From Pseudomonadota bacterium (lineage in GTDB: Bacteria > Desulfobacterota > Desulfobacteria > Desulfobacterales > C00003106): 36,481 nucleotides of DNA. The translations under genes and the position numbers were made by a program. The notes under the pieces were generated by a model. It did no database searches, was not told where the DNA came from, and saw only the letters and a list, made by a program, of their open reading frames with translations. The stretch is from assembly GCA_043805295.1 (NCBI GenBank), contig JAZDIE010000170.1, positions 1-36,481 on the forward strand. Reading direction: 5' to 3'. Shown here in pieces: positions 29,476 through 36,481 of this stretch; position 1 is the first letter of the stretch; every line of letters starts with the position of its first letter.

Positions 29476-30939
29476 TTAAAATTTCATCACTTTTTCATAT
29501 ATTTTCATATATTCTCTTGCTGCGTTATCCCAGGTAAAATCCACCTTCATTCCGTTTCTCATTATATTATCCCAAAGCTGGACGTCCTGAAAGCATTTAA
29601 GGGCATGCTCTATCGTTTCCATAAGGGCATGCTCGGAATAATCCTTAAATTTAAACCCTGTCCCCTCCCCTGTCTCTGGATTAAATTCGGAAATAGTATC
29701 AGAAAGGCCTCCGACATCCCTTACAATTGGCACAGCGCCGTATTTTAATGCATACATTTGAGTCAGGCCGCACGGCTCATATCTGGAAGGCATAAGCAGC
29801 ATATCTGCTCCGGCTATTATCCTATGCGCCAGTTGATGATTGTAACCGATGACAATCCCTGCCTTTCCGGCATAGAGCCTCCTGAAAGCGCCGAACATCT
29901 CGTTGTATTTTTCTTCCCCCTCTCCCAGCAGCACAAGCCCCACTCCCATCTGTACGAGCCTGTCAATAAGCCTGCTAACCAGATCACATCCTTTCTGCTC
30001 GGTCAATCGGTTGATCATAGCAAGGATAGGACGTTGAGCATACGATTGTTCAAGGTGAAGCGAGCTGACGATATCCTTTTTGCACTCATTTTTTCCTGAA
30101 AGATCAGCCAAGCTATAGTGCTTTGCAATCAGGGGATCTATAGCAGGGTCCCATTCTGAATAGTCAACGCCGTTGAGTATCCCATAGAGATCGCTGTTTC
30201 TCTGCCTCAGGACTCCGTCCAGCCCATGGCCGAACTCCGGAGTCTGCATCTCTTCACGATACTGCTTGCTGACGGTAGTAATCGCGTCAGAAAAAAGGAT
30301 ACCCGCCTTAAGAAAATTAATCTTCCCCCAAAACTCGATTCCGTCGATTGCGTATACAGCATTGGGAAGACCGGTTGTGGAAAATTCCCCTGCGTCAAAT
30401 TGCCCCTGATATGCAAGGTTGTGGATAGTAAGCACTGATCGGGTTTTTTTGAACTCAGAAATATCTCGATAGCAGGTTTTGAGATAAACAGGCGCTAAGG
30501 CTGTGTGCCAGTCGTTGCAGTGAATGATGTCAGGCGCAAATCGCGCCCTCCGGCAATATTCCAAAGCAGCCCTGGTAAGATAAACAAAACGCTCTGCGTT
30601 GTCAAAGTACTCATTTTGTGGGGTGCCATAGAGATAGTTCCGGTCAAAAAATTCCTCTTTATGTACAAGATAAAGAGCGACCTTATCTTTGAGATATGCC
30701 TGGTATATATCATCGACCAGCCGTAACCGGCCTATGTTTACACCCACTCCTTGTAAAATTAGCTTTGCATCAACCCCCTTGTCCTTGATCTGACGGTAGT
30801 AAGGCATTACAACCCTGACATCGCATCCCAAGTCATGAAGCGCTATGGGCAAAGCGCCCGCGACGTCGGCCAGGCCTCCTGTCTTTGCAATAGGGGCTGT
30901 CTCAGACGCTAAAAAAAGAATTTTTAATTTTTTATGCAT
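29476..30939 (-). CDS. glgA: Glycogen synthase (GT5, ADP-glucose type)
   Basis: KILFLASETAPIAKTGGLADVAGALP, HCNDWHTAL, NGVDYSEWDP, PSRYEPCGL.QMYALKYG..P. Confidence 0.93.
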   Translation of the reverse strand: MHKKLKILFLASETAPIAKTGGLADVAGALPIALHDLGCDVRVVMPYYRQIKDKGVDAKLILQGVGVNIGRLRLVDDIYQAYLKDKVALYLVHKEEFFDRNYLYGTPQNEYFDNAERFVYLTRAALEYCRRARFAPDIIHCNDWHTALAPVYLKTCYRDISEFKKTRSVLTIHNLAYQGQFDAGEFSTTGLPNAVYAIDGIEFWGKINFLKAGILFSDAITTVSKQYREEMQTPEFGHGLDGVLRQRNSDLYGILNGVDYSEWDPAIDPLIAKHYSLADLSGKNECKKDIVSSLHLEQSYAQRPILAMINRLTEQKGCDLVSRLIDRLVQMGVGLVLLGEGEEKYNEMFGAFRRLYAGKAGIVIGYNHQLAHRIIAGADMLLMPSRYEPCGLTQMYALKYGAVPIVRDVGGLSDTISEFNPETGEGTGFKFKDYSEHALMETIEHALKCFQDVQLWDNIMRNGMKVDFTWDNAAREYMKIYEKVMKF

Positions 30940-30952
30940 GTTACAAGCCTGA

Positions 30953-31693
30953 CTAACTCATAGCTCTGATCGTATCCGGCAGCTCATAATACCCCTGAAT
31001 AATCCGATCTGGTCTTATATTGTTGTACTCCTTTGCCCCATATTGCGTGGAGAAAAAGATTGTTTTCATCCCTACCTGCTTTGCCCCAAATATATCCCTG
31101 TACATATCGTTTCCCACAAAAACAGCGTTATCTGCGCCTATGCCAAGTTCCTTAAGGCAGTTTCCAAATATACGCGGGTCAGGCTTCCTATAACCAAACT
31201 CGTTTGATACAACCATCGCGTCGAACAGATCAAATATTCCGAGAAGCTTAAGCTCGTGCATAACGAAAAGGTTTTGAGCGTCTGATATTATGCCTAATTT
31301 ATAGTCTAAAGCAAGCGCGATCAAAGTCTCTTTTACCCCCCTATAAAGCTCAAGGCGGAGCATGCTAAGCCCACGGAACAAAAGCGCCATTTTTTCCGCC
31401 CACCGCCCCTCCCTCTTAATAGTAAGGCGCACATTTTTTTTGCGTTTCTGTTCTTGAAGAAATTCAAGCCATATATCTTCTATGTTCATCTCAGGATATT
31501 TTTCTCTGCTTGCCTCTTTTTGCCGTTTCACCATTGAAAAATATGTATCCCGCAGCGCCCTGTAATCAATGCTTATCCCATAGTAATATAACACGCGCAC
31601 AAGTGGCTCATAGAGGCTATTCATGCCTTCGTCTGTAAGGATATCGATTAATGTTCCATATACATCAAAGAGTATGCCTCTGGTCTTTTTCAT
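30953..31693 (-). CDS. HAD-superfamily hydrolase (subfamily IA-like; motif I is DxYGT)
   Basis: ILFDVYGTLID (motif I), ISDA (motif II), K..P (motif III) and VGNDMYRDI (motif IV). I prefer ATG 31693 (MKKTRG), which overlaps the kinase stop as TGATG and follows a GGGGG run. The alternative is ATG 31705. Confidence 0.8.
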   Translation of the reverse strand: MKKTRGILFDVYGTLIDILTDEGMNSLYEPLVRVLYYYGISIDYRALRDTYFSMVKRQKEASREKYPEMNIEDIWLEFLQEQKRKKNVRLTIKREGRWAEKMALLFRGLSMLRLELYRGVKETLIALALDYKLGIISDAQNLFVMHELKLLGIFDLFDAMVVSNEFGYRKPDPRIFGNCLKELGIGADNAVFVGNDMYRDIFGAKQVGMKTIFFSTQYGAKEYNNIRPDRIIQGYYELPDTIRAMS

Positions 31694-32718
31694 CAATACC
31701 CCCATATGATCCGAAAGGTTTCATCTATCAAAATTCTCCTATAGTCTCTGTCGATCCATTGATTGCGCGCAATCCGCAAGGTGGTCATCGCCATATAATA
31801 CGGCAACCGCCGGGTTACAGAACTTAAAAAGCCTTCACGATCCCTGAAGTGACTGCAATATTCATGGATAAAATGAGATATAAACTCTTCTCCTCTATGA
31901 CGATCGCCGGTGTATTGATAAAAAAAATGCTTTAACTCCCCAGCAATCCTGCCCAAATCGTAGAGGCGATCTCCCTCATGCATATTTTCCAGGTCAATAG
32001 CTATTATGTCCTCTCTGCAAAACAAAAAGTTAGGAGGGGTCGAGTCCCCGTGTAGCATTACATTAACATCATCCTTCATGTATGGTCTTTTAGCCCAGGA
32101 ATCGGCTGCTTTTAAAAATTCATACTCCTCACTGTTGTTAATTATTTCCTGTACGCGCAAGGACTGCACAAGCTTGTGCAGGTCATGGACGCACTTTTCC
32201 AAGACACATTGTTTTTGAGTTATTGTTCGCTGATGCATAGCCGCGAGAAAGCCGGCTAACAAAGAAAGTTTTTTAAAAAGCTTTTCCCTCCGGCCTTCCT
32301 GTATGGCCCTATGAATGTAGTGAACCAGAGTTTTGCCTTCGTAACCGCGCAACACCAGCGCCAGGTTTAGCCACTCCGCCACGCCGAGCGGCTCTGCGAT
32401 ATGGTAAGGCGGCTTATCAAAGCCATAGGCGCGTATCCGAAGCAGGTTTTCGTATTCGAGATATGCCCTCAGCCGTTTTTCCCCCCATGAAACTTGGATT
32501 GGATCATCCCCAAAAAACTTGATAAAAAAAGAGCACCCCTTGTTTTTTTCTTCATACTTATAGACATAATGCGATCCCCCATAGAAAAATACGTTAAACT
32601 CAGGATCCCCTCCGTTCCAATCTAACTTTGGAAGTATGGAATCGCATACATACCGGTATAAAGGGTCGTTAAGTGAAAGGAGACCTACAAAATGGATATG
32701 ATCGTCATTTGTATGCAT
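31693..32718 (-). CDS. Aminoglycoside-phosphotransferase-fold (APH/choline-kinase-like) small-molecule kinase
   Basis: The Brenner-type catalytic motif LHGDSTPPNFLF and the metal-binding IDLENM..GDRLYDLG are present. The substrate cannot be inferred. Confidence 0.7.
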   Translation of the reverse strand: MHTNDDHIHFVGLLSLNDPLYRYVCDSILPKLDWNGGDPEFNVFFYGGSHYVYKYEEKNKGCSFFIKFFGDDPIQVSWGEKRLRAYLEYENLLRIRAYGFDKPPYHIAEPLGVAEWLNLALVLRGYEGKTLVHYIHRAIQEGRREKLFKKLSLLAGFLAAMHQRTITQKQCVLEKCVHDLHKLVQSLRVQEIINNSEEYEFLKAADSWAKRPYMKDDVNVMLHGDSTPPNFLFCREDIIAIDLENMHEGDRLYDLGRIAGELKHFFYQYTGDRHRGEEFISHFIHEYCSHFRDREGFLSSVTRRLPYYMAMTTLRIARNQWIDRDYRRILIDETFRIIWGY

Positions 32719-32755
32719 TATTTCAATGAGATGTGGTGGAGATAAGTCTCACGCA

Positions 32756-33886
32756 TTATGAACAAGTATGAATAATTTCAGCGGCGATATTGTCAAGCGG
32801 GGCTACGACATCAACTACTCCAGCATCAATAGCGCCTTTTGCCATGCCATAAACAACACAGGTGGAAGGGGTCTGCGCAATCGTAACAGCGCCTTTTTCT
32901 TTCATAGACATAAGCCCTTTAATTCCGTCAGGCCCCATCCCTGTCAAGATCACTCCTGTAGCCGCCTCTCCATAAAGAGCGCTGACCGAGCGGAAGAGAT
33001 AATCTATCGAAGGTTTGCAACCGTACTCAGGGGGATCGTTTTTGATTCTTACTACAACCGCGTCTCCCTTGAACGCCTGTTCCACCATCATATGTTTTTC
33101 ATCAGGCGCAATCAGTGCTATGTTGGGCTGCAAATATAGCCCATCAACCGCCTCCATTACTTTTATGGCACTTTGCGCATTAATTTTTTCAGCCAGACTT
33201 CGTATAAACATGGACGGTATATCGCGTTGAACGATAAGAATGGGCACGCCCAGGGATTTCGGCAATTGTGGAATGAAACTCGCCAAGGCAGTCGCTCCTC
33301 CGGTCGCAAGACCGATAGCAATCACCTTTGATTTTATTTTTTCTGATCGGACATGTTTTTTTGAAAGCGTTGATTTCCAGTCGTCCGTATCTGGGGAAAG
33401 CCTATGGGAAGGGATAGTCCTGGATTGCTCCATGATGTTATCCCATTTCAGGATATCTTTTGCCTCTTTGTATTTTGCAAAGGTTGTAAGCTTAGGGATA
33501 ATAGCGCTTTGAAGGACTTCCAAACTATCATTTAATACGCTGCTGTCAGGCTTTAAAATAAAATCAAACGCCCCCAACTCGAGCGCTGTTATGGTATAGT
33601 CGCCGCCCAAAGCAGTATATGAGCTTAATATTATAGAACTCACATTGATGGAATCTTCCCTGATTTTTTTCAGCACCTCAATCCCATTCATCTCAGGCAT
33701 TTCAATATCAAGGGTTAAAAGATCCGGCTTTAACTGGGATATCTTCTCCAGGGCGATCCGGCCATTGGCCGCCGAGCCTATTACTTCAAACCCCTGCATC
33801 TTAGACACGATACTGGAGACAGCTTCTCTGTAGATGAGACTATCGTCCACCACCATAACTTTTATTTTTTTTCCATTAGAAATCAT
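32756..33886 (-). CDS. CheB-like response regulator: intact receiver domain plus a methylesterase-fold domain with a degenerate catalytic triad
   Basis: The REC domain has VVDDS, LLTLDIEMP, ILSSYT and FILKP. The C-terminal domain aligns with E. coli CheB, but IGASTGG is IGLATGG (Ser to Ala, codon GCG at 33305-33307) and ITQHMP is IVQRDIP (His to Arg, codon CGC at 33224-33226). The Asp position is kept (GMGPDG). Confidence 0.85.
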   Translation of the reverse strand: MISNGKKIKVMVVDDSLIYREAVSSIVSKMQGFEVIGSAANGRIALEKISQLKPDLLTLDIEMPEMNGIEVLKKIREDSINVSSIILSSYTALGGDYTITALELGAFDFILKPDSSVLNDSLEVLQSAIIPKLTTFAKYKEAKDILKWDNIMEQSRTIPSHRLSPDTDDWKSTLSKKHVRSEKIKSKVIAIGLATGGATALASFIPQLPKSLGVPILIVQRDIPSMFIRSLAEKINAQSAIKVMEAVDGLYLQPNIALIAPDEKHMMVEQAFKGDAVVVRIKNDPPEYGCKPSIDYLFRSVSALYGEAATGVILTGMGPDGIKGLMSMKEKGAVTIAQTPSTCVVYGMAKGAIDAGVVDVVAPLDNIAAEIIHTCS

Positions 33887-33969
33887 GTTTTTAAAACCGG
33901 ATTTATCCCTGCGGTCAAAATGATATTGTCAATGAATATTTGAAAAAAGTAAACTCTTATAGTTTTTAT

Positions 33970-34058
33970 CCTCACACAAAGATCACAAAGGATTATGCTT
34001 TATATTCAAGATTTTTTTCTTTTACTCTTTTTTTGTGGCTTTGTGCCTTTGTGTGAGA
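33970..34058 (-). repeat. Diverged third copy (C) of the CACAAAG palindromic repeat family
   Basis: The arms are CCTCACACAAAGATCACAAAGG (33970-33991) and TGTGGCTTTGTGCCTTTGTGTGAGA (34034-34058). The reverse complement aligns with copy A through the shared segments CACAAAG..AAAATCTT..GTGATCT.TGTG. Confidence 0.6.
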
Positions 34059-34149
34059 TTTTAAAAAAGTGTAAACTACTTGGGCTTCAGGCTAACAGGC
34101 CAACCGAATATTTACAGATAAAAGGTGTTTTTTCAATAGTTTTTTTGGG

Positions 34150-34782
34150 TTATGGAAGCCTGAGCATCTTGTGGATTTGCAGTTGAAGCCGGACGTTAAG
34201 TTTATCTTTTATAATCCATCTGGCAAGGATTTCAGGATCCAGTTTTTGAAAGACAGGAGAAAAAAGAATGGGGTATAACATGGATCGTTCAAGGCCTGTA
34301 CGATTAACAATATCTTTTGCAAACTCATAATCAGCCAAATCGCCTATCACAAATTTTACTTCATCCCCTTTAGTGAGTTTTGATATATTTTCAAGGTCAT
34401 TATGATCTGACATGCTGCTAGACAGACACTTGATGTCTAAAATTATTGCACAGCGTTTGTCGAGAGCGCTTATGTCTCGGCTTCCATTGGTTTCCAACAA
34501 CACCGAATAGCCTCTATTGAGCAATCTTTCAACAAGAACAGGGGTCTCAACCTGTATGAGCGGTTCGCCGCCTGTCACCTCGACAAGATGGACTCCATGT
34601 TTTTCAACAATGCTGACAATCTCATCTATCTCCATGAGCCGGCCATTTTGGCGAGCATAGAGTGTGTCGCAATATGCGCATCTTAGATTGCAACCTGCCA
34701 GGCGCACAAACACACATGGCGAACCTGCGTATGTGGATTCTCCCTGAATCGAATAAAATATTTCATTTACAGAGAGCGCCAA
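34150..34782 (-). CDS. queE: 7-carboxy-7-deazaguanine synthase (radical SAM)
   Basis: EIFYSIQGEST.AG.PCVFVRLAGCNLRCAYCDT and VEVTGGEPL. It uses a TTG start (34780-34782) with GAGGAAG upstream. Confidence 0.9.
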   Translation of the reverse strand: MALSVNEIFYSIQGESTYAGSPCVFVRLAGCNLRCAYCDTLYARQNGRLMEIDEIVSIVEKHGVHLVEVTGGEPLIQVETPVLVERLLNRGYSVLLETNGSRDISALDKRCAIILDIKCLSSSMSDHNDLENISKLTKGDEVKFVIGDLADYEFAKDIVNRTGLERSMLYPILFSPVFQKLDPEILARWIIKDKLNVRLQLQIHKMLRLP

Positions 34783-34873
34783 TCTTTTTCTTCCTCTCTA
34801 AGCGAATGAAAGATAATTGCGACCAGACTCTTGTCCTCCTTGGAACCTAAATTCACTCGCTCCCTGAGATAGG

Positions 34874-35770
34874 CTATGATAGCTCGGAGTTCTTCAGGGG
34901 TCTTGTTTCACCTCTTCGCTTCCCTTGATAGTCTGTTTTTTGGGTAAGCTTGATACCTTTGGCGCCGATCGTGATAAATCTTTTTTTGTAAAGTATGCCT
35001 ATTGCCTTTTTAAATGTTTTCTTGCTTACCCCAAACAGAGAGTAGATGTCTTCCGGTGGGCTTTTATCAGTAACCGCAATACTGCCGCCAAGGTCTTTTA
35101 TTGTTTTCAGAATGCTTTGTGAAACAGAGTCAACTCTTTGATAGCCTGATTGTTGCAGACTTATGTCAATCTTAAGATCTTCGCGTATTGTTTTGATATA
35201 GCCTTTTAGCTGCTGGCCTATGTGAAGCTTTTGAAACACTTCGTTTCCATAGACCATGCCCCAATGAGCATTGTTAACAATTACTTTGTAACCCAAAGCT
35301 GTTTTATCATATATAAAAAGATCTACCTCTTCTCCCTCATCGTAGTCTGCTGGCTGCAAATCAAGAAACTTGTCCAACTTTGAAGATGCTGCGATGCGGT
35401 TGGTTTTTCTATCAAGAAAAACAAATACAACATATGACTTGCCTTCCTCCATTTTGGTGTGCTGTTCTCTCTTGGGAACAAGCAAGTTTTTTTGCAACCC
35501 CCAATCTAAATAAGCACCTGATAATTCGTTTGCCACTACCTGTAATTTGGCAAACTGACCGACTGTTGCATAAGGTTTCTCTGTCGTTGCCCTAAGACGC
35601 TCTTCCCTGTCTATATAAACAAAAACCTCAACCTCATCTCCTGGCTGACAATTACCAACGGCATGCTTTTGCGGCAAAAAAATATCTCCAAACTCACCAC
35701 CATCAAGATAGACGCCTTGCTCCAGCTTTTTCTTTATTGTAAGCTTATTTATCCTGCCTATCTCTGCCAT
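34874..35770 (-). CDS. S1-like RNA-binding domain protein (CvfB/YitL family)
   Basis: There are repeated S1-like segments (GRINKLTIKK..GVYLD; VGQFAKLQVV..GAYLDWG; IGQQLKGYIKTIRED.KIDISL) and a C-terminal winged-helix-like KKAIG.LYK. I chose ATG 35770 (MAEIGRINKL) with AGGAAG upstream. The ORF-track ATG at 35806 lies inside repeat copy B. Confidence 0.8.
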   Translation of the reverse strand: MAEIGRINKLTIKKKLEQGVYLDGGEFGDIFLPQKHAVGNCQPGDEVEVFVYIDREERLRATTEKPYATVGQFAKLQVVANELSGAYLDWGLQKNLLVPKREQHTKMEEGKSYVVFVFLDRKTNRIAASSKLDKFLDLQPADYDEGEEVDLFIYDKTALGYKVIVNNAHWGMVYGNEVFQKLHIGQQLKGYIKTIREDLKIDISLQQSGYQRVDSVSQSILKTIKDLGGSIAVTDKSPPEDIYSLFGVSKKTFKKAIGILYKKRFITIGAKGIKLTQKTDYQGKRRGETRPLKNSELS

Positions 35771-35801
35771 TTTCTTCCTTGTAAGTAGTTGCCATGAAAA
35801 C

Positions 35802-35904
35802 ACCATTTACTCTCACAAAGGCACAGAGATCACTAAGATTTTATTTGATTTTTGCTTTGTGTGCTTTGTGTCTCTGTGAGAGACATTTTTTATATTTTAT
35901 TTTT
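35802..35904 (-). repeat. Dispersed palindromic repeat, copy B (exact reverse complement of 4905-5007)
   Basis: The base-by-base comparison shows 103 of 103 positions identical to the reverse complement of copy A. Confidence 0.95.
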
Positions 35905-36140
35905 TGCCAGGTTTTCATCATTGGGGGTAAAAATAGACTTTTCATGAGCGTTTATTCTTGACAGACTTAATTTGTCTTCGACTTTCTCCGCTCTATTTAA
36001 AACTATCAGACTTTATAGCTCAGACTAATCGATGTGTCAAAAATAAAGAACTGACCCCTTTGTTCTGCAAGCTTGACACTGGTTAATGTGTTGATTTTTA
36101 TATATATAAATTATATATCCCACTAATGTGGGAGGTATTC

Positions 36141-36481
36141 ATGAAAACAATTCAAATGACCTTAGATGAAGAGCTGGTAAATCAACTTAATCAAATAGTG
36201 TAACAGTTTAGGTTTTTGAAAAACTGAGTGTTGCGCGCCCCATGACACATGACCTGTTGAAATTCCCCTCTAACAAGAGGGGAATTAGAAAGAGATTGGA
36301 AAAGATTTAAGCATGCTTTTTCAAAAAGCTAAACTGTTACCAAATAGTTAAAAAACATCATACTACCAGATCTGCATTTGCAAGAGCGGCATTATGGAAT
36401 GCTATTAAGCAATTAAACACCAAACATTTAGAGGCAAAACATAAGAAAGGGTACAAAAATAAGCCTATTGGAAAATCTGAA
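36141..36481 (+). pseudogene. Ribbon-helix-helix (CopG-like) antitoxin/regulator gene interrupted by a MITE; the 3' end runs off the window
   Basis: ATG 36141 (SD GGGAGG) encodes MKTIQMTLDEELVNQLNQIV and then reaches a stop created at the insertion junction. Removing 36200-36348 (the element plus one target-duplication copy) restores ..NQIVKKHHTTRSAFARAALWNAIKQLNTKHLEAKHKKGYKNKPIGKSE in frame to the window end. Confidence 0.75.
36200..36340. mobile_element. 141-bp MITE with 24-bp terminal inverted repeats and an 8-bp target-site duplication
   Basis: The terminal inverted repeats are GTAACAGTTTAGGTTTTTGAAAAA (36200-36223) and the reverse complement of 36317-36340, GTAACAGTTTAGCTTTTTGAAAAA, which match at 23 of 24 positions. 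Direct repeats CAAATAGT flank the element at 36192-36199 and 36341-36348. A perfect internal 10-bp hairpin, AATTCCCCTC/GAGGGGAATT, lies at 36261-36286. There is no ORF. Confidence 0.8.

Noticed and set aside
34783-34873. A preQ1 riboswitch upstream of queE.
   Set aside because: The string CTGGTCGCAATTATC superficially resembles the preQ1-I loop, but there is no complementary P1 stem and no downstream A-rich tail or ACUA motif.
36020-36045. A tRNA-like fragment (TAGCTCAG) upstream of the RHH gene.
   Set aside because: There is only a D-loop-like octamer. No acceptor, anticodon or T-arm can be folded around it.
36256-36292. A CRISPR-repeat-like sequence, GTTGAAATTCCCCTCTAACAAGAGGGGAATTAGAAAG, inside the MITE.
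   Set aside because: It has the length, the internal hairpin and an ATTAGAAAG-type 3' end reminiscent of some CRISPR repeats. However, it occurs once, with no spacer-repeat periodicity and no cas genes in the window, so it is treated as the MITE's internal hairpin.

Overview
This is a gene-dense, mostly minus-strand stretch of bacterial chromosome that looks like core genome. Gene content suggests a Desulfobacterota-like anaerobe, but that is only an inference. Recognisable genes, in window order:
- **Branched-chain amino acids:** ilvB (partial), ilvD, cimA/leuA-family synthase.
- **Selenium and queuosine:** selD, an FmdB zinc-ribbon protein, tgt, queH, queE.
- **Housekeeping:** rarA, yggS, maf, tRNA-Leu(UAA), groES/groEL, a PHP phosphoesterase, an S1/CvfB-like protein.
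- **Envelope and transport:** an ABC ATPase / permease-GldG-like / DUF4340-like operon, a LemA-TPM-TPM module, a DUF374-like protein, lpxB, a Gfo/Idh/MocA oxidoreductase.
- **Other:** a GAF-PilB-type ATPase, a TPR/YARHG protein, glgA, a HAD hydrolase, an APH-like kinase, a CheB-like protein.

I see no rRNA, CRISPR array, integrase, prophage or obvious multi-gene defence island, and I cannot honestly point to a clear new multi-gene system.

The things most worth a second look:
1. selD is a selenoprotein gene. It has an in-frame TGA followed by a SECIS-like hairpin, and the ORF track truncated it.
2. A 141-bp MITE with 24-bp terminal inverted repeats and an 8-bp target duplication splits a ribbon-helix-helix antitoxin-like gene at the right edge.
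3. A second, 221-bp inverted-repeat-bounded, highly structured element sits in the cimA leader.
4. At least three families of dispersed intergenic repeats are present. One is a 103-bp perfectly identical inverted pair 30.8 kb apart, and every copy of that family lies just upstream of a gene in the same relative orientation.
5. An orphan CheB-like protein keeps an intact receiver domain but has lost two of the three catalytic-triad residues.

All protein calls come from reading motifs in the supplied translations. No database search was run.
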